A DNA stretch of 64,000 bases from the human T2T-CHM13v2.0 reference genome, Homo sapiens. Location of the stretch: assembly GCF_009914755.1 (NCBI RefSeq), contig NC_060928.1; one strand, 5' to 3'. Positions within the stretch are counted from its first letter, which is position 1. Each line of letters starts with the position of its first letter. This document shows, piece by piece, positions 1-15,152 of the stretch. The notes beneath the pieces were generated by a model that did not search any database, had not been told where the DNA came from, and saw only the letters and a program-made list of their open reading frames with translations. Made by a program: the position numbers and the translations under genes.

Positions 1-271
1 CACACCCACCCACACACACACAAGGGACCCTAGAATGTAACCAGCCCATTTAATTGTCTAATCCAGAGGAGTGATTCGATTATTGGGAATGTGTGCAGCT
101 GAGTCTGCTGTTTCACTAGGGAAATATTTCGGGATGAGCCAAGGTACCTAGGATCAGCCTTTAGACCATGTCATGAAAATATTAGATGGTATAGCCTTGA
201 AAACAAAGAACTGAAGAGAACTTAGGGAGACATATTTGACCACTTAATTTTTTTTTTTTTTTTAAAAGAGG

Positions 272-614
<343 letters not shown>

Positions 615-1081
615 TCACTAAATAAGGTTGTGACAGAGATGAAAATAGAATCTTTCACATCTTCTAGTATCCTAACGACATTATGCCTTACCTTTTTCTC
701 TTTGTAAGACATAATATTTTTCCTTCCACCTTTGAACATTAGTGAAATGGATATGTATCTTATAGTTGCTATCCACCAGGCAGCAGTCATGAAACGGACA
801 TGAGGTTACTTCTCTTTTACTCTTTGGACAACTGTAGCTCCTCAGTATTTCAGTCCACAGACCACTTAAGGAAGAAATATGAATGCTGGTGGTGGTTTGA
901 AAACCTTCCGTTGAGACCTGGTTAGGTCAAGGAAGTGCTGGTATCAGTATCCAAAGAGTGGGTGCCTGCCATCATCTTGGAAGAAAATCCTGGATACAAG
1001 AATGGAGCTCCTTAAGAGCACCCTTTGAAGAAATGATGCATCTCCAGTATTTTCAGTGGCACAGAGGAAAAATATGTGTGG

Positions 1082-1445
1082 TGATACGGTTTGGCTCTGT
1101 GTCCCCACCCAAATCTCACCTTGAATTGTAATCCCTATGTGTTGAGGGAGGGACCTGGTGGGAGGTGATTGGGTCATAGGGCCAGTTTTCCCCATGCTGT
1201 TCTTGTTATAGTGAGGGAGTTCTCACGAGAGCTGATGGTTTAAAAGTGGCAGTTTACCCTGAACTTGGTTTCTCTCCTGCCACCATGTAAGACGTGCCCT
1301 TCTTTCCCTTCCCTTGTGCCAAGATTGTAAGTTTCCTGAGACCTCTGCAGCCATGTGGAACTGTGAGTCAGTCAAACATCTTTTGTTTATAAATTACCCA
1401 GTCTCAAGCAGTAACTTCATAGCAGTGTGAAAACAGACTAATTCA
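1082..1445 (+). mobile_element. THE1 (THE1D-like) MaLR solo LTR
   Basis: TG...CA termini, tgatacggtttggctctgtgtccccacccaaatctc start, 5-bp TSD TGTGG (1077-1081, 1446-1450). Confidence 0.9.
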
Positions 1446-1914
1446 TGTGGGAAAAACCAGATTTTGATGACTGAGATGAAAAGTGATTCAGAGGAGTTGG
1501 ACTTTGAAGAAGTTTTAGAAATATCTTAACAAAAGTAGTTTGCTTACTTCTTTATGCACAAGAGGGATACATGATGAAAACATACCTTTCAAAGAGCTTT
1601 TTCAATGTATATAAAAGTGCTAAGTGTTAAGCTATTATTTCAAGATTAGCAGGATTTTTTTGTGGTAGGATATAAAATAATGGAGTGTTTTACAGTTGGT
1701 GGTGATTAGATTCAATGATATATATATTAAGTTGGTGGTAGAGATTGTGTTAGATATTCAAGAAAATGCCAATGTAGTGGGAAAATATGGTTTCGAAGCT
1801 GTGGCAGCCATGGGCACCTCTCAGATAGAGGAAGGAGGAGTGACATTGACTATCAGGCCCAGCTGCTCTGTGGTACAGTTGTGTTAGTGTGAAAGCCATG
1901 CCTCCCACGTTCTG

Positions 1915-2500
<586 letters not shown>

Positions 2501-2514
2501 AATGTCCCAAGCCT

Positions 2515-2872
2515 TCTAACGGCAGCCTTGTTAGACTTACCCCAGAATGGCACTGCAGCCTCACCCACACACACAAACACACAGACACATCCACCCACCC
2601 ACACTCACACCCACACCCATACACATACCCACCCACTTCCACCCGCACACCCACCCACCTGCCCCCACCCTCACACCCATACACACCCACCCATCCGGCT
2701 TGCTTTCCTTCCCTGTCTCCTTCCCCTGGGTCAGACCTGCATCACTGTCTGATGGCCCCTCCAGTCTTCCCTGGCTCCCTCCCCATTTTCTCTCACAGAT
2801 GTTTCCCCTAATAAATTTCTTGTGTGTCTCATCCTGTCTTGGTGTCTGCTTCTTAGAGGACCTGGACTAACA
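2515..2872 (+). mobile_element. ERVL LTR (LTR33-like) with internal CA/CACCC low-complexity tract (2563-2695)
   Basis: 3' end aataaatttcttg...gtctgcttcttagaggacctggactaaca resembles LTR33/LTR16 termini. Confidence 0.55.
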
Positions 2873-3284
2873 AAAATGAACCATTTGGAGTAAAAGATTC
2901 AGGGTACTTAGCATTGTCATTCATCGGTTGCTATTATCACTATAAGCAGAAAATGTTGCTTTTATGTAGAAATGCTGTTCTTTAAATTATCTAAATTTAT
3001 AGGAGAATCCCACTTCATTTATAAATATTTTGAGTGCCTACTATGAGCCACCGTGTTCTCACACCTGAGGATACAATGAGGAAACCCTTGTCCAGAGTGC
3101 TCAGCTAGTGGCCGCCTGGTAGAGAATGAGTTCCCAAGAGTTTTTCAACCCTGCAGCCCTTGTTTTTTACTGTTGACTGCCACTTTTTTCTCTTAACCCG
3201 TGCATCACAGATGGGCTGGAAAGAAAAGCTTTTGTCATTGATTAAAGCCATTCTTTTCTGAATGTTTCTTTTCTTCTCTCACAT

Positions 3285-3601
<317 letters not shown>

Positions 3602-5279
3602 TGATTTAACAGTTTATTGCCTTAGTATGCACGAGGTTCCATTTCTAGCTGTGCCACTGAGTCATACCATTCACTTCAGAAACTAAAATTTTCTCTTATG
3701 TAAAACTAAAAAAAAATTCAAAATTGCCTCATGAAACTTTAATTTCTATGGGGTTTTTATTTCCTCTCATAATAATATTCTTCCCAAGTATTTATTTTGT
3801 TTAAAATATCGAAGCGAGGTTCTTACTGTCCCTTATGCACAGAGGGAAGGAAGATCAAGTTTCAGCATCTGCTGCATATCCTTATTAGGCAGACTCATTC
3901 CTTAAATACTCAGTAGCTTTTGTTTTATGATTCTCATTTTTTCCTAAGTGTACTTAAAAACAAATCTTTACAGGTAGATTGTGTTTGATTTAAATAATCT
4001 GAATAAAATTTCTGCTATCTTTTTTCAGTTAATGTCCTTCAGAATGGATGCTAGCTTTTCTTTTGTGGGAGGCAAACACACCCTAACATACTTGTTCGTA
4101 GAAGATAGATACTAAGAGAATCGTAGACTTTGGTGATACATTGACCTTTTTTTTTATTTTTATTTTTTGAGAGAGCCAGGTCATAGGCAGATATTCAGGG
4201 AATTAAATCAGAGACCAGAAGTTGTCAGAATTTCAGCCTTAATCCTCTTTAATAGGACTAGGTTTCAAGTTTTTCACAGTTCAGGATTGAAAGTTGATAA
4301 AATTCTTACTGGGGACATTTTATTCTTGGATTATCTGTATGAAAGCAGAAGTGTGATAATTGAACTAGTCGATTTGGGATATATACTTTAAAATCATAGT
4401 TTCTAGCTTATTATGTGAGTCGTCTTTGGTCTGAAAGAATGAGGCATTATTCAACAGCCATTTCCTATTAATCGGCTCCTGATTTTCAAGTTTGAACCCT
4501 GTGGAATTAATTTATAGCACCTGAGCACCTGTGTCCCAGTTAGAGCTTTGTGCGTGGGTTCCTTAAATCTTAAGTACCAAGTAAGCTAGTACTTAGCTAA
4601 TGAGTGTGAGCTATTGCCATCATAAAATTGAATTTCGTTTTTACATTAGTTTCTCTACTGGGAAAATTAGATTAGCTTGAGCTGTGCTTGAAAATAAAAT
4701 ACCATACTGGGATTTGTTGGGAAGTTACAATTGCTTCAAGTATGATGTGCCTTTTTTTTTTTAAATTGTTTTAGGTAGGGAGAAAGTATTATTCCTGGCT
4801 TTATAGTTGAGAATATTCAGGTAACAAAAGGAAATTGTTATTTTCTGTCATCTAAAAATAGAACTAGTTAGGGCAGAGCCAAAATGAAAACACGTTGGCC
4901 TCCTATTTTTCCGTGCTGGAGGGCCCTCGTAGCGAAATCGATTGTGAAACTTTTTCACTTTTTGTCAACATTAGTCTTTTGACTCTTGTTCTTTCTCTTA
5001 TGTCAGGTATTAAAGTGGGGGAACTTTATTGGCCATCTTAATCTTTCTATTTAAACTTGAGCCTAGAATGATGGGGAAGGTATAGGCCGGGGGAGGCTGG
5101 ATAGATGGAGAAAGAGGTACCAAAGGGTGAGTGTGGAGGGAGAGTGATGTAATTAATTGATAATGAATTGGTTTAATTAGGGGAACTCTTGTGTTAGGAG
5201 TATAGAGAAAAGAATACGAAAGCATTTTGTCAAGATTGTTTATACGGTTCTGAAATTCTAAAAAATACTAATCCTTTAT

Positions 5280-5750
5280 TAGTCTGGATTCTCAATTGCA
5301 AGCACTAGCTAGTTTGAACATAAAGGAAATTCATTAAAGGGTATTGGGTTTCTTGTAGTATCTTTAAGAGATGTGGGGAACCAGGAATGATGCCCAGGTT
5401 GTACCACAGAGCTGGGCTTAGAGCAGATGCCACTATTGCTACTGGATGTGGACACTACAGTTTGCACCAAGAGCCTCACTGCCCTGTGGCTGTTGGAAGA
5501 ACTGCTGCCTCTGGAAATTAGACTAGTTGCTGCCACCTCGCTAGAATCTCTGGTCACTGTTTTTTTTTTTTTTTTTTTTTTTTGTTTTTTTTTTTTAAAG
5601 CAGTAGCTTTTGAATCCAAGTCTTGGATGGGACCATCTCATTAGTGGAACCCTAGCTAGGTGTCATTACCTTACTGCAAGCCAGTGTCTGTCATTTTTGG
5701 CTTTTATGGTGGGAGGTGGACTTTGTTTCAGTGGGAAGGAGAATTCCTCA
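5280..5750 (-). mobile_element. old MLT1-type LTR remnant containing a poly-T run (5559-5596)
   Basis: ggattctcaattgcaagc...aaaggaaattcattaaaggg resembles MLT1 ends; weak. Confidence 0.35.
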
Positions 5751-6255
5751 AACATAGGAAGGGGTTTCAAGTGCTGGGCAGCCCAAAAGGACTGATGTTC
5801 CTGTATGTGCCTGATTGTAAGACAACATTATTTTCCCAGAAGATTAAACATAATAAAATTGTTTCAGACAACTTGAACACGTATACTTTTAGGTATGCAT
5901 ATGTACATCTGCTAGATAATCAGATGTCTCCCTTCATCATTTACTTGATTAAATATGTGTCCATATTTAAAATCAAATAATAGGCAAAGTCAGCATATAT
6001 TTTAGAAACATTTTCTGCACTTATTTAATAAAAAATTTGTCCCAGCTCTTGGCACCTTTGAGATTAGTATATTCATCATGGATACATTCTGAATTTTTCA
6101 GTACAGCTTTCCAGAGCATTGATGGCCACATCTGCCTGAGTTCTTTGAGCTATAGCACCTAAAATCTTTCTGATGCTTTCACTGGAAATTTTATCTCAAG
6201 CCAAAAGTATATGTTAGCAGCCCATTTGGACAGTCTCTTTAAAAAACTTATTCCT

Positions 6256-6435
6256 GAACCTGGCACAGTGGCTTGAATCCATAATTCCAGCTACTTAGGA
6301 GGCTGAGGCAGGAGGATTGTTTCAGCCCATGATTTCGAGGCTGTAGTGATCTGTTATCACACCATTGCACTCCAAGCCTGGGTGACAGAGTGAGACCCTT
6401 GTCTCTTAAAAAAAAAAACACACACACACACACAC
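6256..6435 (+). mobile_element. Alu monomer (FAM/FRAM-like) with A/(CA)n tail
   Basis: single right-arm-like monomer; diverged TSD aaaaacttattcctg / aaagacttaactctg. Confidence 0.8.
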
Positions 6436-6489
6436 CAAAGACTTAACTCTGGGATATGTTTTCATGATTTCTCTTCCTCCCTTCTTCTT

Positions 6490-6683
6490 CACAGGGTCTA
6501 ACTGTTGCTTGGGCTGGAGTGCAGTGGTGTAGTCACTGCTCCCTGCAGCCTCAACCTCTCGGCCTCAACTAGCCTCCCACCTCAGCCTCCTGGGTAGCTG
6601 AGACTACAGATGCATGCCACCCCACCTAGTTAATTTTCTGTATTCTTTATAGAGATGGGGTTTATGCCTTGTTGCCCAGGCTA
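6490..6683 (-). mobile_element. AluJ, 5'-truncated
   Basis: reverse right arm, linker and part of left arm. Confidence 0.8.
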
Positions 6684-7026
6684 TGATTTGTTTAATGTAA
6701 CCACTGATCTTATTCCTTTTAAAGTGAGCTTTATAAAATTACTGAATACAAAATTTTGAAGTCATCTCTGGAATTGTAACTAAATATCTTAAATTTCTTA
6801 GTGTCCCTTTGTTTTTGTAACTTAGTCCTGTTTGTAATCTCTAAGTATCTGAAACTAAATATGATTAGGGCTATTTTAGACTAAGATTCCTCAAACAGTT
6901 GTTGATCAAAATAATGGGAAAGTCCACTCCTTTAGAAGACTCTTAAGAACTCTTACACGAGGCAAGTTCTTTTTTTTCCTAACAGATCATTTTGGGAAAA
7001 AGATTCCTTTATGTTTAGATCTATCG

Positions 7027-7071
<45 letters not shown>

Positions 7072-7086
7072 GTCTGTCTGTCTGTC
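7027..7086. repeat. compound STR (TATC)11(TGTC)4
   Basis: counted directly. Confidence 0.95.
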
Positions 7087-8881
7087 TATGTATATATAAA
7101 GTTTCTAGGCACCATTTAAGATTCCGTTTCAAGGAAAAACAAGAGCTGTGTTTTTGCTGAATGGTTTCTTTGCTGCTATTCTTGACATTAGAATTGGAAA
7201 ACAGAATTTTCCCTTTAGTTTAATGAAATGGGAAGTATCTGGAAGGTCATGGGAGAAAATAGGGGAGATATTCCTTTGTTCTCAGATTATGCATTCCTCT
7301 GGGGTCAAAAACACGTGGAATCCAGGCTTAAAATAATGAGTGTTCTGGGGAACGGATGTAAAATTCCTTCTGTTTCACTATACTCAGCCTATCCTTGTTA
7401 GTACTGAGTGATTAGAAAGGCATGATTTAGTAGTTATACTGACTTACTCAGTTTTACCTAGACTGAGACTTTAGAAAATTGTTACTAAAGATACTATAGG
7501 ATGTAGGTATGCCTTTGTTGTGTTTTTACTGGGTATGGGGTTATAGCCCTAAGTCCTATTGTCTTTAGAATTTATGACATCAGAACTTAGACTTTGATTT
7601 CCAGTGTGGGGGAATGTAAAGTTGTTGGAGTGGTTCCTCCCCACAGTGGAGTCTGATTCTCTGCAGGTTGGTTGTTATTCTCAACAGATTTTTTAGCTCT
7701 AGCGTGGACTGTGGAGGATAGATTAAGATAACATAACTTTCCTTTCCTTTTTAGACATTTAAGATCCTTACATCCGAATGTCTGACGAAAAAGGATTTCA
7801 GACTTGAGTAATTGTGGGAAACATTTTAATCCTCCACACTGTTACATAATACTCTTTTTACTTTGAATTGTGAAGTTCTAATGGATTCTCTAGTTTGCTG
7901 TTGTAGCATGATTCTCAAAACTACAGCATGGAAATGTACTTTGTACTTCTGTGTCTCCCAGCTCATTTAGAATCCCAGATTGATAGAGATGGATGAGGAC
8001 CTCCGCTGTCCTCTTGGCCAGCTTTCTCCCAGTGCAGGCATGTGTGAGAGGGTATTCCTGGTCATGGGTCATCTAGTCTCTGCTTGGTTATGTGGAGGGA
8101 GCTGGAGGTCACCACCTTGCCAGGCAGCCTGTTTCATTATAGTTCTCTTGAGTCCCTATGATAGGAAACCCAAATCTGCTACTCTGCAGCTTCTACCCAT
8201 CAAACCTGGCTTTGCTCCCTTTAAGCAAATCAGAATGATTTTTTTTCTTCTCTCATGCAGTACCCATTTAAATATTTAAAGACAGCTTTCATGTTTCCAC
8301 TAAATGTTCTCTTCCTCCCCACTCACATGAAACATCTAGTTTTTTTTATTTCTTCCTCCTAAACCTTTTTAGCATTCTGGTTACATTCCTGCTTTACCCC
8401 AGTTGGAAATGGCTGTTTTAAAATGTGGTAACCATGCTATTGAGGTAAGCTCTAATCTAACGGGGGATGCAGTCGAGTGCTTACCTTGTTTGGATTCAGG
8501 CGGTATGTGTCATCAGTGTATGTTACAGGGTCAATTTGTGGCTCCATTGGCTTATGTTAAACTTTCAGTTAAGAGAACATTTTAGGAGATTTGAGCCCAG
8601 TATGAAATTCATGTGACCTGTTCTCGAGACATCTTGCACACCTGAGCAGTTGCCTTTCAGCATCCTGTAGATTGCTTATCCCAGGCAAATCCTAACGGCG
8701 CTACTTTTGAGTCCCTCTCTTTAGCTCGAGAGCTCCTTGAACTGTGATTCTTTTATCCAGCATTCCTTCTTCCTTCCCAACTTCTGATTGGCTGCAAATA
8801 TTGTAAATGTATATTTTTTAAAAATACAAGATAAGCGTAAGAGCATTGTTTTGCCATGATACTCAAGATGATCCTTTCAGG

Positions 8882-9103
8882 CAGGGTTTGGCAAACAGTG
8901 ACCCATGGGCCTGACCTACCTTGCTTCCTCTTTTTGTAAGTCAAGTTTCGTTGGAACACACTTGGACCCATCATTCATATGCTGTTTGTGGCTGCTTTTG
9001 TGCTACCACAGCAGAGATGAGTAGTTGGAACTGCAGCTGCATGGCTGCAAAGCCTAAATTATTTACTACCTGGTCTTTTATGGAAAAAGTTGGCTGACTT
9101 CTG
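8882..9103 (-). mobile_element. MER58A hAT-Charlie DNA transposon
   Basis: TIR-like cagggtttggcaaac / gttggctgacttctg; gcaaagcctaaattatttactac core. Confidence 0.8.
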
Positions 9104-9881
9104 CTGTGAGGAGAGAGCATCTGATTATTTCATGTTCAAGAAGCTTCCTTTTGTTTCCAAGCAGAGCTATCCAAAACCCTTTCCAAGGCTCACTAGCCAA
9201 GGCATTTTGCGACTTCTTTTCTTGGCTGGTTCAAGTATTTTATAGGAATATGATTATGTAATCTGTATGTGTGGTTATAAAATCACATTCTGTACTTGTT
9301 CTCTTATCTAATTTCTAATATGTTAGTATTTGAAAACTTCTCAATATTATTACTTCATCCATCTCCTTGACATTGGGAAACTGTCATCACTGTAAATTGC
9401 CTTTTAAGTTTTAGGGACAGTCCTAGATTTGGTATTCATTTGTTGCTGGGGAAGAAGGATCATGTTTCACCATTAGGAAACATCAGTAACACTTACTACT
9501 AACAAATATTATATAATATTTCTGTGAAATTATAGCAGGAAGTGAGAGATTCCGTGGAGCTTCCAGTCTATTTTGAGAAAAGGAAATTCTTGTTGCTCAG
9601 TTGACATTGCCTTATTGAAACATTTATTGGCTTCTTTATTATTTTGTTCTTAAATATAATTTTTAGGTTCAGTTTAGAAGTTATAAAATCAGGCTTTGCT
9701 AAAGAAGGAAAATCATAATTTTAAGCTCTTCAAAGTATTTTTAATAAAAAAGTTTTTTATAAATGAGTTGGATATAGTGTTATTTGCCACAACTACTACT
9801 ATCCTTGTTTTGGAAATTTGCTTACCGATCTGAAGATAGTAAGGCAGAAACCCTTATATTCTTCCTCCCACGTCACCCCCA

Positions 9882-10165
9882 AGATGGAGTCTTGCTCTGT
9901 CACCCATGCTAGAGTGCAGTGGTGCAATCTTGGCTCACTGCAACCACTGCCTTCTGGGTTTGAGCGATTCTTCCTGCCTCAGCCTTATGAGTAGCTGGGA
10001 TTACAGGTGCCTGCCACCATGCCCGGCTAATTTTGTTGTATTTTTAGTAGAGATGGAATTTCACCATATTGACCAGCTGGTCTCAAACTCCTGACCTCAA
10101 GTGATCCACCCGCCTCGGCCTCCAAAAGCGCTAGGGTTATGGGGTGTGAGCCACCATGCCTGGCC
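9882..10165 (-). mobile_element. AluS with 17-bp TSD and non-A tail
   Basis: TSD GAAACCCTTATATTCTT at 9847-9863 and 10168-10184. Confidence 0.9.
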
Positions 10166-11345
10166 GTGAAACCCTTATATTCTTTTTCTACTCTAGTGTT
10201 AGCCTTTGGGGCTCAGACGGATATTGCATTGAATTCTCCAAATGAAGGAAAAATATAATGACCTAAGATTGCTCTTGTGTAATCTTTGTAGCCTGGTTCT
10301 TTTGGTGGAAGACAGTGTTTACTCCAGAGTATGGAGTTTTGGGGTTCTTATTTTAAAATGCCTTCATGTGTCTATATTATTTATAACCTACCTCTACTTT
10401 CTGAGCATTTCCTGGGTCCCATTCTGATGGCTAATGGAGACCATCCGATATCTCTAGCCTTGTCTTGTGATCCTCTCTGATTTCCTCATCTGCTTTAGTG
10501 ACACCGAGCTGCTTAGGTTCCATGCCCTGAAATTGCTGTTTTCCCCTCTCCACATGGAAGGCCTTTGCCTGGAGAACACCGTCCCTCTGTTTCAGGCTGA
10601 GCTGTGCATAATCTCCTTCAGGAAGTCTTCTCTTACCCAGGGGGCCTTCCTCCTCTGCTCCCCAGAAGCTCTGCGCAGCTTGCCAGCACTTTGTCTGCCA
10701 CGTCATACTGTGCTGACGTGTTCACATCTCTTAGAAACACTCGCCTGGGATGAACTCAGCCACCCACCTTTTCCCTTCCTTGCTGGAGAAAATCCCACAA
10801 TAAGGCAGATGATAACTTCATAAACTCCTCCTCACCTATCTCAAAAGGACTTCTTGTTTCTCTAAGAAGTGTTGTCTCATTTGTAATGATTCTTTCATTC
10901 ATTCTTCAGTTAGTTGGGCGTGAAACTTCTCATGTCCAAACTCTCTGCAAGTGACCTTGTTTTGTACTTTATGGAAAAAATAGCCATTTGGTAGCAACTC
11001 TCAGCTTTTTGTCATGAAGCCCACAAACCCGTTTGTACTGGGCACCCCTTTTCTCCTTCTATCACAGGGAAGGAAGGATTTTGACTCGTATGACAGGCCA
11101 ACCCTCCATGCATGCTCAGCATCCCATCTCCTCCCGTGTCAGAGATTTTGAACCATTCTTTCTGGATTCTTCACATGGGCATTTAGACATGCTCTCATCT
11201 CTTAAATACCAGCTGTCTTAAAAGAATACATGCCTTTACTTTATGGCATGTTCTCTTTCAGCAGTCATCCTCTCTCTCTACTGCCCCACCTGGTCATTCT
11301 TTGAGGAAGGGTTGTTCCCCACGTGGTCTCACCTGTCAGTCATAA

Positions 11346-11831
<486 letters not shown>

Positions 11832-12094
11832 TGAGTACTTGGTCTGAGACATTTCCATTTTTCTACCGTCCTACCTCTCTACTTGCATGACTTCAAATGC
11901 CATCTACTTGCTGATGAGGACAAAATTGGTATCTCTGACCTAGGTGTCTCTTCTAGGCTGTGGACCTGTGTCTCTGACAGCTGGTTTTACTAAGATCTTG
12001 GGCGTTTCTCAGCATCTGGGATTTAACATGAGCCCTTAGTGTGTGCTCCCAGCTGCTTTCCCTCAAGATTTTCCCTGTTGCAGTAAATAGTGTC

Positions 12095-12533
12095 CTTTAT
12101 TTTTTATTTTTAAATTTATTTTTATTTTTAGGATTTGTGAGTACATAATAGGTATATATATTTATGGGGTTATATTAGATATTTTGATAGAGGCGTGCAA
12201 TGTATAATAGTCACATCATGGAAAATAGGGTATCCATCCGTTCAAGCATTTATCCTTTGTGTTACAATCTAACTATACTCTTTTAGTTATTTTAAGATGT
12301 ACAATTAAATTATTTTGAGTATGGTCACTCTGTTGTGTTATCAAATACTAGGTATCATTCATTCTTTCAAACTATTTTTTTGTACCCATTAACCATCCCT
12401 ACCTCCCCCCTACTATACTTCCCAGCTTCTGGTAACAACCCTTCTACTCTCTATCTCCATGAGTTCAATTGTTTTGATTTTTGCATCCCACAAATAAGTG
12501 AGAACATGTGATGCTTGTCTGTCTGTGCCTGGC
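12095..12533 (-). mobile_element. L1MA 3' end
   Basis: caagcatttatcctttgtgttac and cccacaaataagtgagaacatg L1 3' UTR motifs with T-rich tail. Confidence 0.8.
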
Positions 12534-15080
12534 AATAAGTAGAATTGTTATCTCTTCATTTGTTCATGCCAGAAATCTGGGAGGGATCCTGGAAATCTTC
12601 ACCTTTTCCATTCGGTCAATCTCTCATTACTTTGACACCACCTGCAAATATCTCTCAAATCTGTCTACTTGTCTTTACTTCTGTTGTTGGTTGCCTTCAT
12701 TTGAACCACCGCCATCTCTTCGTGTACCACTCTAGAAGCCTCCTAACGAGTCTGTCTTCCGGTTTTCTGTACCTTTCATCTCTCCCTCAGCAGCCAGAGT
12801 AATCTTGAAAAGCTCTAATTATCATTCTGTCAATTCACTGCTTGAAAACCCTCCTGTGGCTTTCCACTGTACCCCCAATAAAATGCTAACCTTTCCCAGA
12901 GCCCACAAGGCCCGGCACGCTCTGATCCCCTGCCATCACTCAGCATTACAGGCTCACTTCATTGCTCCTTACGCTTCAGCCATTCTGGCCTTTTGACATT
13001 CCCTGTAATGCTCAAACTCCTCACCTTCATCCTTTGCCTCTGCTGATCTCAGCAGGAAACAATTTCCCTTGCCCTTTGCACCACGGATTCCTTCTCACCT
13101 TTTAGGTTTTAGCTTAAATGTCACTACTTTGAAGAAGCTCTCTTTGCACACATTTCTCCTTAGACCTCCTCTAATGCATTCCTCACTGTACTCCTACTTT
13201 TCTTCATTGGAAGGAATTACTAGAATGTGCGCTTATATATCTCCTTAGGTGTTCATGTATCTGGCTTACATCTTCTCTACTGAACAGTAATTTCCACGAA
13301 GGCAGGGGGCTGTGCTTGTTTTGTTCATAGCTGTATCCCCATCACCTGGCATTGCATGCTTAACAGCTGTTTATCTCGTAAAATAGATAAATATTTAAAG
13401 TTTATTAAGATGGCAACTTTGGAGAAGCACCTCTTTGGTACTTTTATTGCCATGTTGCATGGTGGTTATGCTTGGTGGGCCCAGACCTACATGACTTGGA
13501 ATCCCTATTCCTATCTTCTGTGAACTTGAGCAGTTGTTAGCTTCTGTGATCCCTGCAGTTCATTCTGGGCCGACTTCTTTCTTGAGTGTACCAGTTTCAC
13601 AGAAGACATATTATATGGAGGTTTATTTGGGATCACTAGTTGGGTAGATCCAGATGTGGGAGCTTAAAAAATGACACAGGTGCTCATGTAAGTGTGCCTT
13701 AAGTTATCTATGAGACACTGTGTGTAAATTCATGCACTGTGAAAACGTATGCTAGCACTTCTTGTATCTGTACTCTCAAATGGAATGTGGGACATTCCAT
13801 ATTATTTGGGGAGTCAGGATTCCTGGCTGGTGGTGCTTTGTAGGACTCTTTGGTTTGCCATTGCTGTAGGTCACATGGTCTAAAATGTAGAGAGGATAAA
13901 ATGATATTTTGAAAGATGATCCCTTTTCCCTGACTAGTTGTTGCTCTTAATTCTTTCTTTTAGAGCTTTGTTGCCCCAGCTATTTTACACCCAAGCAGCA
14001 AATTATCCAGGTGGGAGTGAGGGGAATCCAGGGGTCAGCCTGGGGTAGAAAGTTGAAACTGAGCATCCTGAATGTGGGCATAGTCGCTTATTTTGAGTGT
14101 TCCCTACGTTAGAGTATGAAGGTCTCTTTGGGAGAAACCCTCACATAATGAAACACTGCTGAGGAGCCTTTGGTTACATTAAGAATCTTTTCCTATTCCA
14201 AATCACTTATTTTTTCTGTAATGTTAAGCTTGGATTTTTGATCACCTTTCTAAAAAGAGGGATGGCACATTCTTAAATAGTGTTTCGAGATTTTCTTTTC
14301 TATTTTGGATATTTCTGGTCTCCTGGAAGCAGAGGGTGAGAAGCCACTACTCTCACCACTATATTGTTACTAAGTATGTTTTCTTTTGATGAATATTTTC
14401 TTTTATTTGCATTTTCAGCATTTTGTGGCTTAACATGAAAATCCCCAAACCAGCCAACATAAAAAGAAAATGTGGTTGTGGCTGGAGTTTGTGTGTGTGG
14501 CTTCTCTCATGTGAGCTTCCCTGATGTCATGTTTGCTAGCACGCCCAAGCATTTGACTTTTTCGTGAGCCTCCAGTGACTCTACTTTGCTAATATACCTT
14601 AAATCCTTAGGAGGTTTCTGTAATGAAGGGCAGACTGGTTGTATTTGAACAAGTAGCTACAGTCCTAGTTCTTTACATAATGTAGTCTGATTATCAATAA
14701 AGGAATGTAATTGAATTTTAAATTTCTAAGGAGGGGGAAGGAAAAAAACAATCTCAAACAGAAGTGTTCTGTTAATGAATGTGATAGACCCCTTTGTTGT
14801 TTACAGACAGCCGTCTTGCTGTTTTGTGGAAGAGAGTTGGGGCTGTGTTGTACATTTCACTGGCAATCTGCCCACCTCCTCTTCCCTGAAAATATTTATG
14901 GAGTTCTAGTGCTTTAATAAGTTGAGAAGTGATTTAATTGTTGCATTGGCAGAGTGAGATAAAGCCGTTAAATACGTTCATTTTCTTTCTGGGTGGGATG
15001 GAAGAGGGAAATGAAATACTAATTTTTTCCTTTTTGGAAACCTAATGCTGTGCTCTTTTGTTATCACTCTTGTTCTCTAG

Positions 15081-15152
15081 GCATTAAGTGTAACTGAAAC
15101 CCTGATTAAACCCTTGGAAAAATTCAGAAAAGAGCAACTTGGAGCTGTAAAG
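15081..15152 (+). CDS. ARHGAP10: ARHGAP10 coding exon (probably exon 4), BAR domain: ALSVTETLIKPLEKFRKEQLGAVK
   Basis: ttgttctctAG acceptor, AAG|GTttgt donor, 72 nt, phase 0-0; translation matches recalled GRAF2 sequence. Confidence 0.95.

Noticed and set aside
7950-8750. Possible ancient CR1/L3 remnant
   Set aside because: Similarity too faint to support by eye
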